From NCBI GenBank assembly GCA_965203295.1, contig CBDBCZ010000016.1, positions 1,456,110-1,520,109 on the forward strand: 64,000 bases of DNA, given 5' to 3'. Made by a program: the position numbers and the translations under genes. Within the stretch, counting starts at the first letter, position 1. Every line of letters begins with the position of its first letter. Source of the stretch: Nitrospirales bacterium. Lineage in GTDB: Bacteria; Nitrospirota; Nitrospiria; Nitrospirales; UBA8639. The notes under the pieces are model-generated. The model was given only the letters and a program-made list of their open reading frames with translations, was not told the DNA's origin and made no database searches. Below are positions 23,872 to 36,150 of the stretch, one piece after another.

Positions 23872-25044
23872 CTACTGAACGTAGAGTTCAATTACTTCAA
23901 GAGGAGTATCTTCCCGGCTCCTTATCACACCAGGTCGCAATATACGATTGCCTGTTCGGAAGGAAGCACACAGTCTCACATCTATATTATCAGTGGTGGG
24001 TGCAATGTCTGTGCGGAAGTAGGGAGGTCTGTTGAACTGACAGCAAGTGTTACGTCGCCCGCAACCTCTACCGTCCCACAGTGGGGCTTCAAGGTGAAAT
24101 CGGTCCTCTGGCACGCCGGTGGCCTGGCTTCCGGTATCACAGAAGAAATTTCTCCCAATATATGGGGGTACTAGAGGTAGTACATCTCCCGATGGTGTTT
24201 CTCCTTCCGTGCAGGGACAAGCTCTTCTACTGTCCGCAAACTCGCTCTGTGCAGCTGCAAATGTCCAGATATGGGTACGATGTCCACTCTGTCCGTGTGT
24301 GATGCTAACTCCGTCGACATATTCCTCATCGATAGTGGCATTGGTCTCATCATAGAAGATGAAACCATCAGGTGCTTCACGTTGATACCCGATAACCTTA
24401 CCACACACGCGAGAGTACTCCACACCTTGCACACTGTAGGGAACAGCATCACAGCCTGGCATCCTGCGGTTTTCAACTCGGGTGCACAGCCTCCTTGAGC
24501 TGTCGCCTGGTGGTGAAATTGTCACCAAAGGCTGGGGACAGGAGTTGCACTGGGTATTGTTCATGTTGAGATTGGCCACCCTCATCCACCCCCTGGAGCC
24601 ACCACACGATCGGTCGTCATCATGGACCTCCAGATCACAGTAGACCAGCACAGCATCACGTACCGTATTTCTTATCCAGTAGTTGCCAGAGGTTGCACAG
24701 GAGCAGCGGGCAGCCAGATCCTGGCAGGAAGCTGCAGGGTTCTGAGGTGTTCCGATACTGCAGCACGAAAGAATGTTTTCTTCAAAGCTATCGCATGCGC
24801 AGGTCCTGACATTGGCACGAGGAGGTGGGGTTACGGTAGGGTCTTCACAGCAGTTACACTGCTTGTCTTGTAGTGTCGTGTTGATGTCGGTCAGCCGTCG
24901 TAGGATCTCCTGTGTTGAACTGTCGATTTCTTCTCTGCACGAATGGTCTTCTACTTCAACTGCATTGCACCTGTACAGTTGTTGGCTACTGACTGTGGTG
25001 AGAATACCACAGATAGCTAGGATCAGAAGTACCTTGTTGAACAT
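23872..25044 (-). CDS. Copy C: same family, 390 aa
   Basis: Intact ORF; diagnostic residues FIFY, ADSRR, GVIRS. Confidence 0.9.
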   Translation of the reverse strand: MFNKVLLILAICGILTTVSSQQLYRCNAVEVEDHSCREEIDSSTQEILRRLTDINTTLQDKQCNCCEDPTVTPPPRANVRTCACDSFEENILSCCSIGTPQNPAASCQDLAARCSCATSGNYWIRNTVRDAVLVYCDLEVHDDDRSCGGSRGWMRVANLNMNNTQCNSCPQPLVTISPPGDSSRRLCTRVENRRMPGCDAVPYSVQGVEYSRVCGKVIGYQREAPDGFIFYDETNATIDEEYVDGVSITHGQSGHRTHIWTFAAAQSEFADSRRACPCTEGETPSGDVLPLVPPYIGRNFFCDTGSQATGVPEDRFHLEAPLWDGRGCGRRNTCCQFNRPPYFRTDIAPTTDNIDVRLCASFRTGNRILRPGVIRSREDTPLEVIELYVQ

Positions 25045-26090
25045 TCTCTTTTCTCAAGTGAGGAGTAGCTGATGGAGAATCGAAGCTGGTATATTTATCC
25101 ACTTTGTTTAGGTAGCTGTGAGATTTGCTGCCTTGTGACAAAAAGACATTCATTTATATAGTCTCAAAATGAATCTGCACAAGTGGCAAGAGTCCACAGT
25201 GCAAAGAAAAGACTTCCAAATATGGCCTGGATGGTGTAATTGACACTTGTTTGGCTTGGTTGTGATGCTGTATGACTGAAGCAAGCTTCATAAAACATGA
25301 TGGTGTGGTTTGAAAAATTCTTCTCAACTTACAGAGTGTTGCCTAGTTACCAGTTATCACAGTGACAGTCAGTGACCTTGCTCATTGCCTGGCAACTAGT
25401 CAAGGCTAGTAAACATGTATGCATCTCCTGGGTGATTGTTTATGCACATTGTGTTTTCAAGCTCCTTCTGCAGTTGCTGGTGGCAATTATATAGAAATAC
25501 TGTTTGCGATTCATGGGTCAACACATAGGCAGTTGTAAATGTGATGAAGTACGACTAAAACAAGCTTCAAAGGCGTAAGCTAATCAAAACAACCTGATGA
25601 GATAGGCACATCTCAAATTCTGCTACAAGTGGCTCGTGGAACAAAGTCTAGAATGTGGTTACCTAACAAATTATTATATACCTATTGCACAGCCTCAGGA
25701 CACTGCACCATGAAGCAAAATAAGTGGTAATGCAGAAAGCATACCAGTTTGGGGGGGGGGGATACATATGTATATGTATATGAAGACAGTAGTCTTCTGG
25801 AAGCCTTGACTATATAGTTGCCAGGCAGTATACATGTATAAGAGTGATTGTTTATACACCACCCCAAATATGGTCTGGAGTCAACAGAAAGAATTATGGT
25901 GCCCATCAAAGCTGGTAACTAGGCAACTGATATAGGTATGGTTCCTAGGTAGCCACCTATGTCATCATGGTCAGGTTTGTCTCATGGTGATCAGTTTGAC
26001 TCATACAACAGGTCTGACTCATAAATCACATTGCAAACTCTTCGGAGATGATAAGCTTTCTGAAAGAGTAAAGATATCACAAAAAAAATG

Positions 26091-26164
26091 GGACCCAGCT
26101 GGGGATTGAATCCAGGACCTTCTGAATACTAGTCAGATGCTCTTACCAACTGAGCTACTGGAGC
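26091..26164 (-). tRNA. tRNA-Thr(AGT)-like sequence, probably a tRNA-derived repeat or pseudogene
   Basis: Minus strand gctccagtagctcagttggtaagagcatctgactagtattcagaaggtcctggattcaatccccagctgggtcc; A box, degenerate B box, tctga/tcaga anticodon stem, acceptor-stem mismatch, followed by a T8 run. Confidence 0.6.
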
Positions 26165-26591
26165 CCCTTTGGCAGAGGAGCAGTAAGTAAGCTTTATATG
26201 GCCACTAAACCTCCTAGTAGCACATGCCAGTAGGTCCCAGCAAATTCCAACTGTAATTACTCTTTCACTAGGCCTCGCCCCATCTCTTAAACACGATCAA
26301 TGTGCTATACTCAAACTTAGTCTGGATCAGTCTGCCAGGGTAATTAAACCACCAAAGACGCAGAACTGCGAACTAAGTAGTCACATTGCAAATTCTTCCG
26401 ATATGATAGGCTTTCTGAGAGAGTAAAGAAATCCCGAAAAAACGGTCACTGTGATGCTGTATCAACACTGGTAACTAGGTAACAAGGATAGGCTAAGTAG
26501 ATTCCTAGGTAGCATATTGCTTGCATGAGGTACTGCAACATCATCAGGCTCATAACATGGTTACATGCAAGTTTCTCTAGCCTTGTTGCTA

Positions 26592-26832
26592 GCCACTACC
26601 CACATAAGGACGTTTGTAGCTGCACAGAACGAGACATCGGTCAATGAAGAGCTTGTCCATGTACAGAAGAAGAAACACCATTGGGAGTTGCACTACAACT
26701 TACCCACACTTGTGATGCCCACCAGTATCCCAAGGGATGTCAACGTTGCCAGTATCCCAAGGGATGCTATCAAGGCCACTAGGTTCTGTGGCTAAAACGT
26801 CTGACTTTGAGGACAGATTTACGATCGGTCCA
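26592..26832 (+). pseudogene. Relic fragment of a diverged paralogue of the array genes (inverted orientation)
   Basis: Translates as THIRTFVAAQNETSVN-frameshift-RACPCTEEETPLG..EDRF, versus gene THIWTFAAAQSEFADKRRACPCTEGETPSG..EDRF; duplicate at 50737-50977. Confidence 0.75.
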
Positions 26833-27669
26833 TTTATTTGCACCTCAGTTTAGGTTTCCAACATGCGAGAAACTAGATAACTATACTACAACATTTCAAC
26901 CGAAACCACCAGTTTGCCATTGTGAGTGCTGCAGTAATATCACTGATTGACTACATGCCTGCATAAATTATACTAGAATACAAAAGGCTACCAGTGTATA
27001 GAATTAAGGAGTACATGAGTATGTTTGTTGTTATCAACTACTCCTCCAATACTGAGCTGTCAGTAACATGCAGAAGGCATTTCAAAACCCTATATGGATA
27101 AACAATCACCCAGGAGTCACATACATGTCTTGACTAGTTGCCAGGCAATAAGCTAGGTCACTGACTGTCACTATGATGCTGTATCATAACTGGTAATTAG
27201 GCAACACTTTGAGGGCGTAATTGAGAACCATGGTAGGGCTTTCCACCCACACTATCTTGTTTTTTTTTGCTAAGACTTTGAAGCTTGCGTCATACAGAGT
27301 CACTGGTAAGCCAAACAAGTGCCACAATTGTCAATTGCTTGTTTACCCACCTGACTAGTTGCCAGGAAATGTCAATAAACAATCACCCGGGAGACTCATG
27401 CATGACTAGTCGCCAGGCAATATGCTACGTCACTGACTGTTTATACACAATACCAAATATGGTCCAGAGTCACTATGATGCTGTATCAACACTGGTAACT
27501 AGGCAACAAAGTTTCCTAGGTAGCACATTGCCCCTACATTGCATGAGCTACCTTACTCATACAGGTCACATACAAGCCAAACAAGTGCCCCAACTACCAA
27601 TAATAGTGACTCTTGAACCATTACATTGCAAGCGTTTCCGGACGTTTTTCCCTAGCCTTGTTCCTAGAC

Positions 27670-27801
27670 TCCACTACCCATATCAGGACATTTGTAGCTG
27701 TACAGAACGAGACAGTACATCAGCCAAAAAAGCGCTTGTCCATTCACAGAAAGAGAAACACCATTGGAAGATGCAGTACAACTTGCCCACATTTGTGATG
27801 C
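27670..27801 (+). pseudogene. Relic paralogue fragment (also 51815-51946)
   Basis: THIRTFVAVQNE.. followed by gcttgtccattcacagaaagagaaacacca. Confidence 0.65.
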
Positions 27802-28286
27802 TTACCAAGGGTGACAGTCAGTGACCCTATAGCTTGTTGCCTGGCCACTAGTCAAGGCTAGTTAACATGTATGCGTCTTTTGGGTGATTGTTTATATCAT
27901 ACACACAAGCTGTTCAAGCTCCTTCTGCAGTTGCTGGTGGCAAATATATCATTACACAAACTGTAGCTGTATGTCACTCCGCCACTTTCCAAATGTACAT
28001 TTAGCAAGGAGCTGGTTGTCGTTTACTTGCATGCACATGCAAAGAATGAGTTCTTTGGTCCCACCATGTTCGGAAATGTACAGTGCTGGTATATTTTGTT
28101 TTCTGCATGCAAGTAGATGACAGCCCTAAAAAAAAAAGCGACATGCAGCCATAGTTTGTGTGAATAATTATAAGGTTTATGTATTCTTTTTAAGAAAAGT
28201 CAGTTGGTAAAATAATTGTTCACATTTTACTTTGTAGCTTCATTGCAAGTGACACTTTGTTATCCCTCACACAAGTATTTTAGCTA

Positions 28287-28424
28287 CTGGTGGGCATCGC
28301 AAATGTGGGCAAGTTGTAGTGCATCTTCCAATGGTGTTTCTCTTTCTGTGAATGGACAAGCACTTTTTTGGCTGATGTACTGTCTCGTTCTGTGCAGCTA
28401 CAAATGTCCTGATATGGGTAGTGG
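28287..28424 (-). pseudogene. Relic paralogue fragment (also 52432-52569)
   Basis: Reverse-complement counterpart of 27670-27801. Confidence 0.65.
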
Positions 28425-31400
28425 AGTCTAGGAACAAGGCTAGGGAAAAACATCCGGAATAACGTCCGAAACGCTTGCAATGTAATGGTTCAAGGGTCAC
28501 TATAATTGACAGTTGGGCCACTTGTTTGGCTTGAATGTGACCTGTATGAGTGAGTAAAGTAGCTCATGCAATGTGGGGGCAATGTGCTACCTAGGAAACT
28601 TTGTTGCCTAGCTACCAGTGTTGATACAGCATCATACTGACTCTGGACCATATTTGGAATTGTGTATAAACATTGAATGAAATAGCGTATTGCCTGGCAA
28701 CTACATGTAGTCAAAGCTAGTATGCATACATGAGTCTCCTGGGTGATTGTTTATTGACATTGACTTTGTTTTGGAGCACTGTACATTTCCTGGCAAAACA
28801 AGCAATTGACAATTGTGGCACTTGTTTGGCTTACCTGTGACTCTGTATGACTTAGCAAGCTTCAAAGTCTTAACCAAAAAACAGGATAGTGTGGGTGGAA
28901 AATCCTGCCATGGTTCTCAAATTACACCCTTAAAGCGTTGTCTAGATACCAGTTATGATACAGCATCATAGTGACAGTCAGTGACCTAGCATATTGCCTG
29001 GCAACTAGTCAAGACATGTATGTGACTCCTGGGTGATTGTTTATCCATATAGGGTTTTGATTTGCCTTGTGCATGTTGCTGACAGCAAAGATACCATTAC
29101 ACAAACTGTAGCTGCATGTCACTCCGCCATTTTCCATTTAGCAAGGAGCGAGCTGTCATCTACATGTACTTACTTGCACATGCAGAGAATTAGTTGTTTG
29201 ATCCCACCTTCTCACCTTCTCTGCATGCAAGTGGATGACAGCCCTTTCTTTGTTAAATGTATATTCGGACAAAAAGCGAAGCGACATGCACCTATAGTAT
29301 TCTATAAGGTTTCAGTATCTGTTGAATTATTGTGAGGACTAAAGTCAGTTGGTAAAATTAATGTTCACATTCATTACTTTGTAGCTTCATTGCAAGTGAC
29401 ACCCTGTTAGCTATATCGCTTCACATTCTGAGCTGCTTTAGAATTTAGTTTTGCACTGGATAGAATTTTTCTGCATGTGAAGCCATACATGTAGCTTCCT
29501 TTGCTCATCAAAGCCATGTTAAAGAGTAGTTTCCTGCATTAGGTAACCATAATATGTACAGGATAGACCTTCACCCAACCGTTGGTTGTGTGCCAGTGTT
29601 ATTCAGAGGCAAAGCCAAGGAATAAATACAAGTGGGTTTAGCTATTATGTGTAGCACTTGCTCTGTGATTTGCACAATATAAATAAGTTGTAGACACCTC
29701 ATCATACCGTACGTATAAAGCGCTCATGGGCAGGGAACCTTAGAATGCAGCGGAAAAGGGGGGTGGGCACTTACTACGTATTCGTCCGCAAACGGCATGT
29801 AGTATCTGCCCACCACCCTGGAAGTGAGGAATCTTCACCATAATATATTTTCTACCATGAACGTTTGATTATTATATTCCATTGAGGTAAAGTCAATGTG
29901 AACGTTTGATTATTATATTCCATTGAGGGTAAAACTGTTGATAAATGTTTACTTTTATAAGTTTGTACATTGCAAGCGAAATATTGTTAGCTATATTCTA
30001 ATATAGGTGATTAAAGATACATTTCAGGCTTATCGAATCAACAGATGTTTCCATGCAAACCAATGCCACAATTGTCAATTACAAAGTTCCTTGAACCACT
30101 ACATTGTAAATAGGTTTTTATCCCCTTATACAGGCAAATAGGTTTCACTCCCCTTTCTTCCGCTTATAGGGAACGTTTTCCGCTTAGAGGGAACCTTCCC
30201 TCTAAGCGAAAGTGGGCTGGCCCGCGAGACTAGTCTGGGACAGTATGGCCTAGGATCCATCTGTTGCCTCACTTGATTCCCAAAGCCTGGCACACTAAAT
30301 GAGACTCCATGCATACCAAATCGGTTAGGTACCCGACGGACTGAAGGTGTGGTCAGCTGGAACGATACTGCCCTTTAGCTTTGTGCTTCGGTAGATATCA
30401 CATGGCACATGCAGGTTTCCGCTGGGGGCAAGATCCAAAGGTTACGCATTTTTTTTATTGACAAGTCTGACAGCAGTACATAACAGTTGACAAACAGATT
30501 TGTTTGGGAGGAGTCAGACTCCTCCCCTAAGACAAGTAGCTCAAGGGTCATGATGGTTCACAACTACAAAGGAAGATTTGCCATGGAGGCATCATCAATG
30601 GATGCAAAGGCATGCTCAGCAGGAGTGCCATTCACCAACTCTGCAGGGATCTGCTAGAAACTCACTGGCATGACTAAACTCTGCCACTTTGCTCAGCAAT
30701 AGGCACATTAGTCAAAGAAGATATTGCTAGCCATCAAACTGGACTAAGGTCCTGTAAGTGTGATCAAGCTAGCCACTCAACAGCAAATATGAAGTGGGTA
30801 TGGCTCTAGCAAAGGGGTTACCACTAATTGTCCTGATTGTGCATGGGGTTCAAGACTGTTTGAGCTATAGGCCTAGGCTAGTTCATACCTATCACTGCTA
30901 TCAATACATACAGATGTGCCATGCAGGAATGCAATGGAAGTGGGAGGGACAGGAATGTTAGATTATGCCCTTTACCCATGTTAACTGCATGAACAGCAAA
31001 GGAAAACCCTTTCCATGATTCTGTGAAATTAATAAAGTAAGCCAGAATTAATCTTACAATTTAGTAGTAGTTAGTAGGTTGCCAAAAGCAGTAAACCTCT
31101 ACATGCATGTCAGCTGAATTTCAGCGACAAGCAGAATGAACTTGAACACCCTATTTGTATAAGAAGACTCACACATTTACTTGTTGTTGGGGGAAAACAG
31201 TGAACTTAAGCAGTGATGGGAGGCTGAACCTGAGCATGCTAGTAGCTATGCGAGACTAACTGCGGTAAAGTGAGGCTTGCGCATACGTAATTCAGAGATG
31301 CCAGTTGGTTATGGAAAGACAATAACAAAAAACAGTATAGCTGATACAAAAAAAAACGTACGAAGTGGAAACATATATTGCTACCTTAATAATAATGTGA

Positions 31401-31526
31401 ATGTTGACACAATGTACAGCTCAGTAAATACTCAAATACATGTGCATGTATAAAGAAGGCATGAGAGCAGTGTTAAACAGTTGTATAAGTGCCATTAATC
31501 AGCAACAATACAGAGGTAGGCTGAAG

Positions 31527-32699
31527 CTACTGAACGTAGAGTTCAATTACTTCAAGAGGAGTATCTTCCCGGCTCCTTATCACACCAGGTCGCAATATAC
31601 GATTGCCTGTTCGGAAGGAAGCACACAGTCTCACATCTATATTATCAGTGGTGGGTGCAATGTCTGTGCGGAAGTAGGGAGGTCTGTTGAACTGACAGCA
31701 AGTGTTACGTCGCCCGCAACCTCTACCGTCCCACAGTGGGGCTTCAAGGTGAAATCGGTCCTCTGGCACGCCGGTGGCCTGGCTTCCGGTATCACAGAAG
31801 AAATTTCTCCCAATATATGGGGGTACTAGTGGTAGTACATCTCCCGATGGTGTTTCTCCTTCCGTGCAGGGACAAGCTCTTCTACTGTCCGCAAACTCGC
31901 TCTGTGCAGCTGCAAATGTCCAGATATGGGTACGATGTCCACTCTGTCCGTGTGTGATGCTAACTCCGTCGACATATTCCTCATCGATAGTGGCATTGGT
32001 CTCATCATAGAAGATGAAACCATCAGGTGCTTCACGTTGATACCCGATAACCTTACCACACACGCGAGAGTACTCCACACCTTGCACACTGTAGGGAACA
32101 GCATCACAGCCTGGCATCCTGCGGTTTTCAACTCGGGTGCACAGCCTCCTTGAGCTGTCGCCTGGTGGTGAAATTGTCACCAAAGGCTGGGGACAGGAGT
32201 TGCACTGGGTATTGTTCATGTTGAGATTGGCCACCCTCATCCACCCCCTGGAGCCACCACACGATCGGTCGTCATCATGGACCTCCAGATCACAGTAGAC
32301 CAGCACAGCATCACGTACCGTATTTCTTATCCAGTAGTTGCCAGAGGTTGCACAGGAGCAGCGGGCAGCCAGATCCTGGCAGGAAGCTGCAGGGTTCTGA
32401 GGTGTTCCGATACTGCAGCACGAAAGAATGTTTTCTTCAAAGCTATCGCATGCGCAGGTCCTGAAATTGGCACGAGGAGGTGGGGTTACGGTAGGGTCTT
32501 CACAGCAGTTACACTGCTTGTCTTGTAGTGTCGTGTTGATGTCGGTCAGCCGTCGTAGGATCTCCTGTGTTGAACTGTCGATTTCTTCTCTGCACGAATG
32601 GTCTTCTACTTCAACTGCATTGCACCTGTACAGTTGTTGGCTACTGACTGTGGTGAGAATACCACAGATAGCTAGGATCAGAAGTGCCTTGTTGAACAT
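31527..32699 (-). CDS. Copy D: same family, 390 aa
   Basis: Intact ORF; differs from C at two residues (V5A and RANV to RANF). Confidence 0.9.
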   Translation of the reverse strand: MFNKALLILAICGILTTVSSQQLYRCNAVEVEDHSCREEIDSSTQEILRRLTDINTTLQDKQCNCCEDPTVTPPPRANFRTCACDSFEENILSCCSIGTPQNPAASCQDLAARCSCATSGNYWIRNTVRDAVLVYCDLEVHDDDRSCGGSRGWMRVANLNMNNTQCNSCPQPLVTISPPGDSSRRLCTRVENRRMPGCDAVPYSVQGVEYSRVCGKVIGYQREAPDGFIFYDETNATIDEEYVDGVSITHGQSGHRTHIWTFAAAQSEFADSRRACPCTEGETPSGDVLPLVPPYIGRNFFCDTGSQATGVPEDRFHLEAPLWDGRGCGRRNTCCQFNRPPYFRTDIAPTTDNIDVRLCASFRTGNRILRPGVIRSREDTPLEVIELYVQ

Positions 32700-35600
32700 T
32701 CTCTTTTCTCAAGTGAGGAGTAGCTGATGGAGAATCGAAGCTGGTATATTTATCCACTTTGTTTAGGTAGCTGTGAGATTTGCTGCCTTGTGACAAAAGA
32801 CATTCATTTATATAGTCTCAAAATGAATCTGCACAAGTGGCAAGAGTCCACAGTGCAAAGAAAAGACTTCCAAATATGGCCTGGATGGTGTAATTGACAC
32901 TTGTTTGGCTTGGTTGTGATGCTGTATGACTGAAGCAAGCTTCATAAAACATGATTGTGTGGGTTGAAAAATTCTTCTCAAATTAGGAAGTGTTGCCTAG
33001 TTACCAGTTATCATAGTGACCTCAGTGACCTAGCTCATTTCCTGGCAACTAGTCAAGGCTAGTAAACATGTATGCATCTCCTGGGTGATTGTTTATGCAC
33101 GTAGTGTTTTCAAGCTCCTTCTGCAGTTGCTGGTAGCAAATATATGGAAATACTATTTGCGATTCATGGGTCAACACAGAGGCAGATGTAAATGTGATGA
33201 AGTACGACTAAAACAAGCTTAAAAGGCGTAAGCTAATCAAAACAACCTGATGAGGTAGGCACATCTCAAATTCTGCTACAAGTGGCTCGTGGAACAAAGT
33301 CTAGAATGTGGTTACCTAACAAATTATTATATACCTGTTGCACAGCCTCAGGACACTGCACCATGAAGCAAAATAAGTGGCAATGCAGAAAGCTATATGT
33401 ATATGTATATGAAGACAGTAGTCTTCTGGAAGCCTTGACTATATTGTTACCAGGCAGTATACATGTATAAGAGTCATTGTTTATACACCACCCCAAATAT
33501 GGTCTGGAGTCAACAGAAAGAATTATGGTGCCCATCAAAGCTGGTAACTAGGCAACTGATATAGGTATGGTTCCTAGGTAGCCACCTATGTCAAGGTCAG
33601 GGTGTCCTGACAGTCTCTAAACAGCTAAAATACCTGCCTGAGGGCACTAACCAGCTTTGACTATGGTTTCCAGCTTTCAATTTCTCGATATGAAATATAA
33701 AATTTTGATGAGGGGTCTAGTAGATATTTTAAACAACTCATTCATACTGTGCAAACCACAGAGCAAATGCTACACACATAACCCACTTGTATTCATTCCT
33801 TGGCTTTGCCTCGGAATAACATTGTCACACAACCCGCAGTTGGGTGTTGGTCTGTCCTGTATATTATGGTTACCTTATGCAGGAAACTACTCTTCATGGT
33901 ACCTAAGCCTGAAAAGTGGCTTTGATGAGCAATGAATGTACATGTATGGCTTCACATTCAGAAAAATTCTCGCAGAACTAAATTCTGAAGAACCTCAGAA
34001 TGTGAAGCGATATATAGCTAACAATTAAGGTGTCACTTGCAATGAAGCTTACCTTCTCACCTTCTTTGCATGCAAGTGAATGACAGTCCTCTCCTTGTTT
34101 AATGTATATTCGAAAAAAAGGAAAGCGACATGCAGCTATAATTGTGTGATAATCTACAAGGGTTTCGGTATCTGTTTAATTATTGTATTCTTTGGAGGAC
34201 AAAAATCAGTTTGTGAAATTAATGTTCACATGCAGTATTTTGTGGGACCAAACAACTCATTCTCTGCACGTGCATGCAAGTGGATAACAGCTCGCTCCTT
34301 GCTAAACGGAAAATGGCGGAGTGACATGCATCTACAGTTTGTGTGATGGTAACTTTGCTGTTAGCAACATGCAGAAGGAGTTCCAAATATGGCCATAGAA
34401 TGGTTTGGGTTCAAGTATCTCTGTAATTGACAATTGTGCCACTTGTTTGTCTTACTTGTGGGGGAATTAGACTTTGCCCCCTCTCTCCTGTTGCCTAGCT
34501 ACCAGTTTTGGTACAGCATCATAGTGACCACACTTGGTGTGTTCTCAGTCAGTGACGTAGCTTATTGCCTGGCAACTAGTCAAGGCTAGTAAGAATGCAG
34601 GAGTATCCTGGGTGATTGCTTATCCATCTAGGGTGTTTAAGCTCCTGCATGTTGCTGGTGGCAAAAGATATACTCTAACCTTTATCACACAAACTGTAGC
34701 AGCATGTCAGGCTATTTGTCCGAATGTACATTTAGCAAGGAGAGGGCAGTCATATTTCTGCGTGTGGAAAATGATTATGTTTGGTCAAACCTCTTCTGGA
34801 AATGTACAGTGCTCCAAACGAAAGTTAATGATTATTGTATTCTTTTGAGGGCAAACGTCAGTTGGTAAAATCTATGTTCACACCCATTACTTTGAAAAAA
34901 GCCACACTTCATGCCCATGAAAAGTAGTTTCCTGCATTAGTTCACCTAAACTGAGGTGAAAGGAGATGGACCGATCACAAATCTGTCCTCAGAGTAAGAC
35001 TGTTTAGCCACAGAACTCATGAGAATGGTAAGTGAGGAGATGAAAAAAGTACCTTGCAAGAAACCCTTGCAAGGTACTAGTGGCTAGGAACGAGCCTAGG
35101 GAAAAACTTCCATATAAGGTAATGAAACAATGTAATAGTTCAAGGGTCACTGTAATTGACAATTAGGGCACTTGTTTGGCTTGTATGTGACCTGTATGAG
35201 TGAGTAAGGTAGCTCATGCAATGTACAGGCAATGTGCTACCTAAGAAACCTTGTTGCCTAGTTACTAGTGTTGATGCAGCATCACAGTGACTCTGGACCA
35301 TATTTGGTATTGCGTATAAACATTCAGTGATGTAGCATATTGCCTGGCAACTAGTCAAGGCTACATGAGTCTCCATGGTGATTGTTTATTGACATTGACT
35401 AATTTTGAAGCGCTGTAGCTACATTTCCTGTTTTTTGGCTGTAGCTACATTTCCTGTTTTTTGGCTTACCTGTGACTCCTTATGACTTAAGCAAGCTTTA
35501 AAGTCTTAGCCAAAAAAAAACAGGATGGTGTGGGTGGAAAACCCTACCATGGTTCTCAAATTACACCCTCAAAGTGTTGCCTAGTTACCAGTTATGATAC

Positions 35601-36150
35601 AGCATCACAGTGACAGTCAGTGACCTCCTGGCAATTAGTCTAGACATGTATGTAACTCCTGGGTGATTGTTTGTACACATAGGGTGGTGAAACTCCTTCT
35701 GCATGTTGCTGACAGCAAAGATACCATTACACAAACTGTAGCTGCATGTCACTCCGCCATTTTCCACATGTACATTTAGCAGGGAGCTGATTGTCATCTA
35801 CTTGCATGCACATGCAGAGAATGATCCCACCTTTTTCGGAAATGTACAGTGGTCCAATATTTCATTTTCTGCATACAAGTAAATGACAGCTCTCTCCTTG
35901 TTAAATGTATATTCGGACAAAAAACGAAGCGACATGCGGCTATAGTTTGTGCGATAAACTATAAAGTTTCAGTATCTGTTTAATTATTGTATTCTTTTTA
36001 TGACAAAAATCAGTTGGTGAAATTAATGTTCACATCCATTACTTTGTTGCTTCATTGCAAGTGACACTTTGTTTGCTATTGCTTCACATCCTGAACTGAT
36101 TAATTTTGCACTGGTTAGAATTTTTCTGTATGTGAAGCCGTACATATGTA

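Noticed and set aside
5860..29085. CRISPR-like reading of the recurring module
   Set aside because: Irregular spacing, both orientations, spacers are themselves repeats, no cas genes, eukaryotic context
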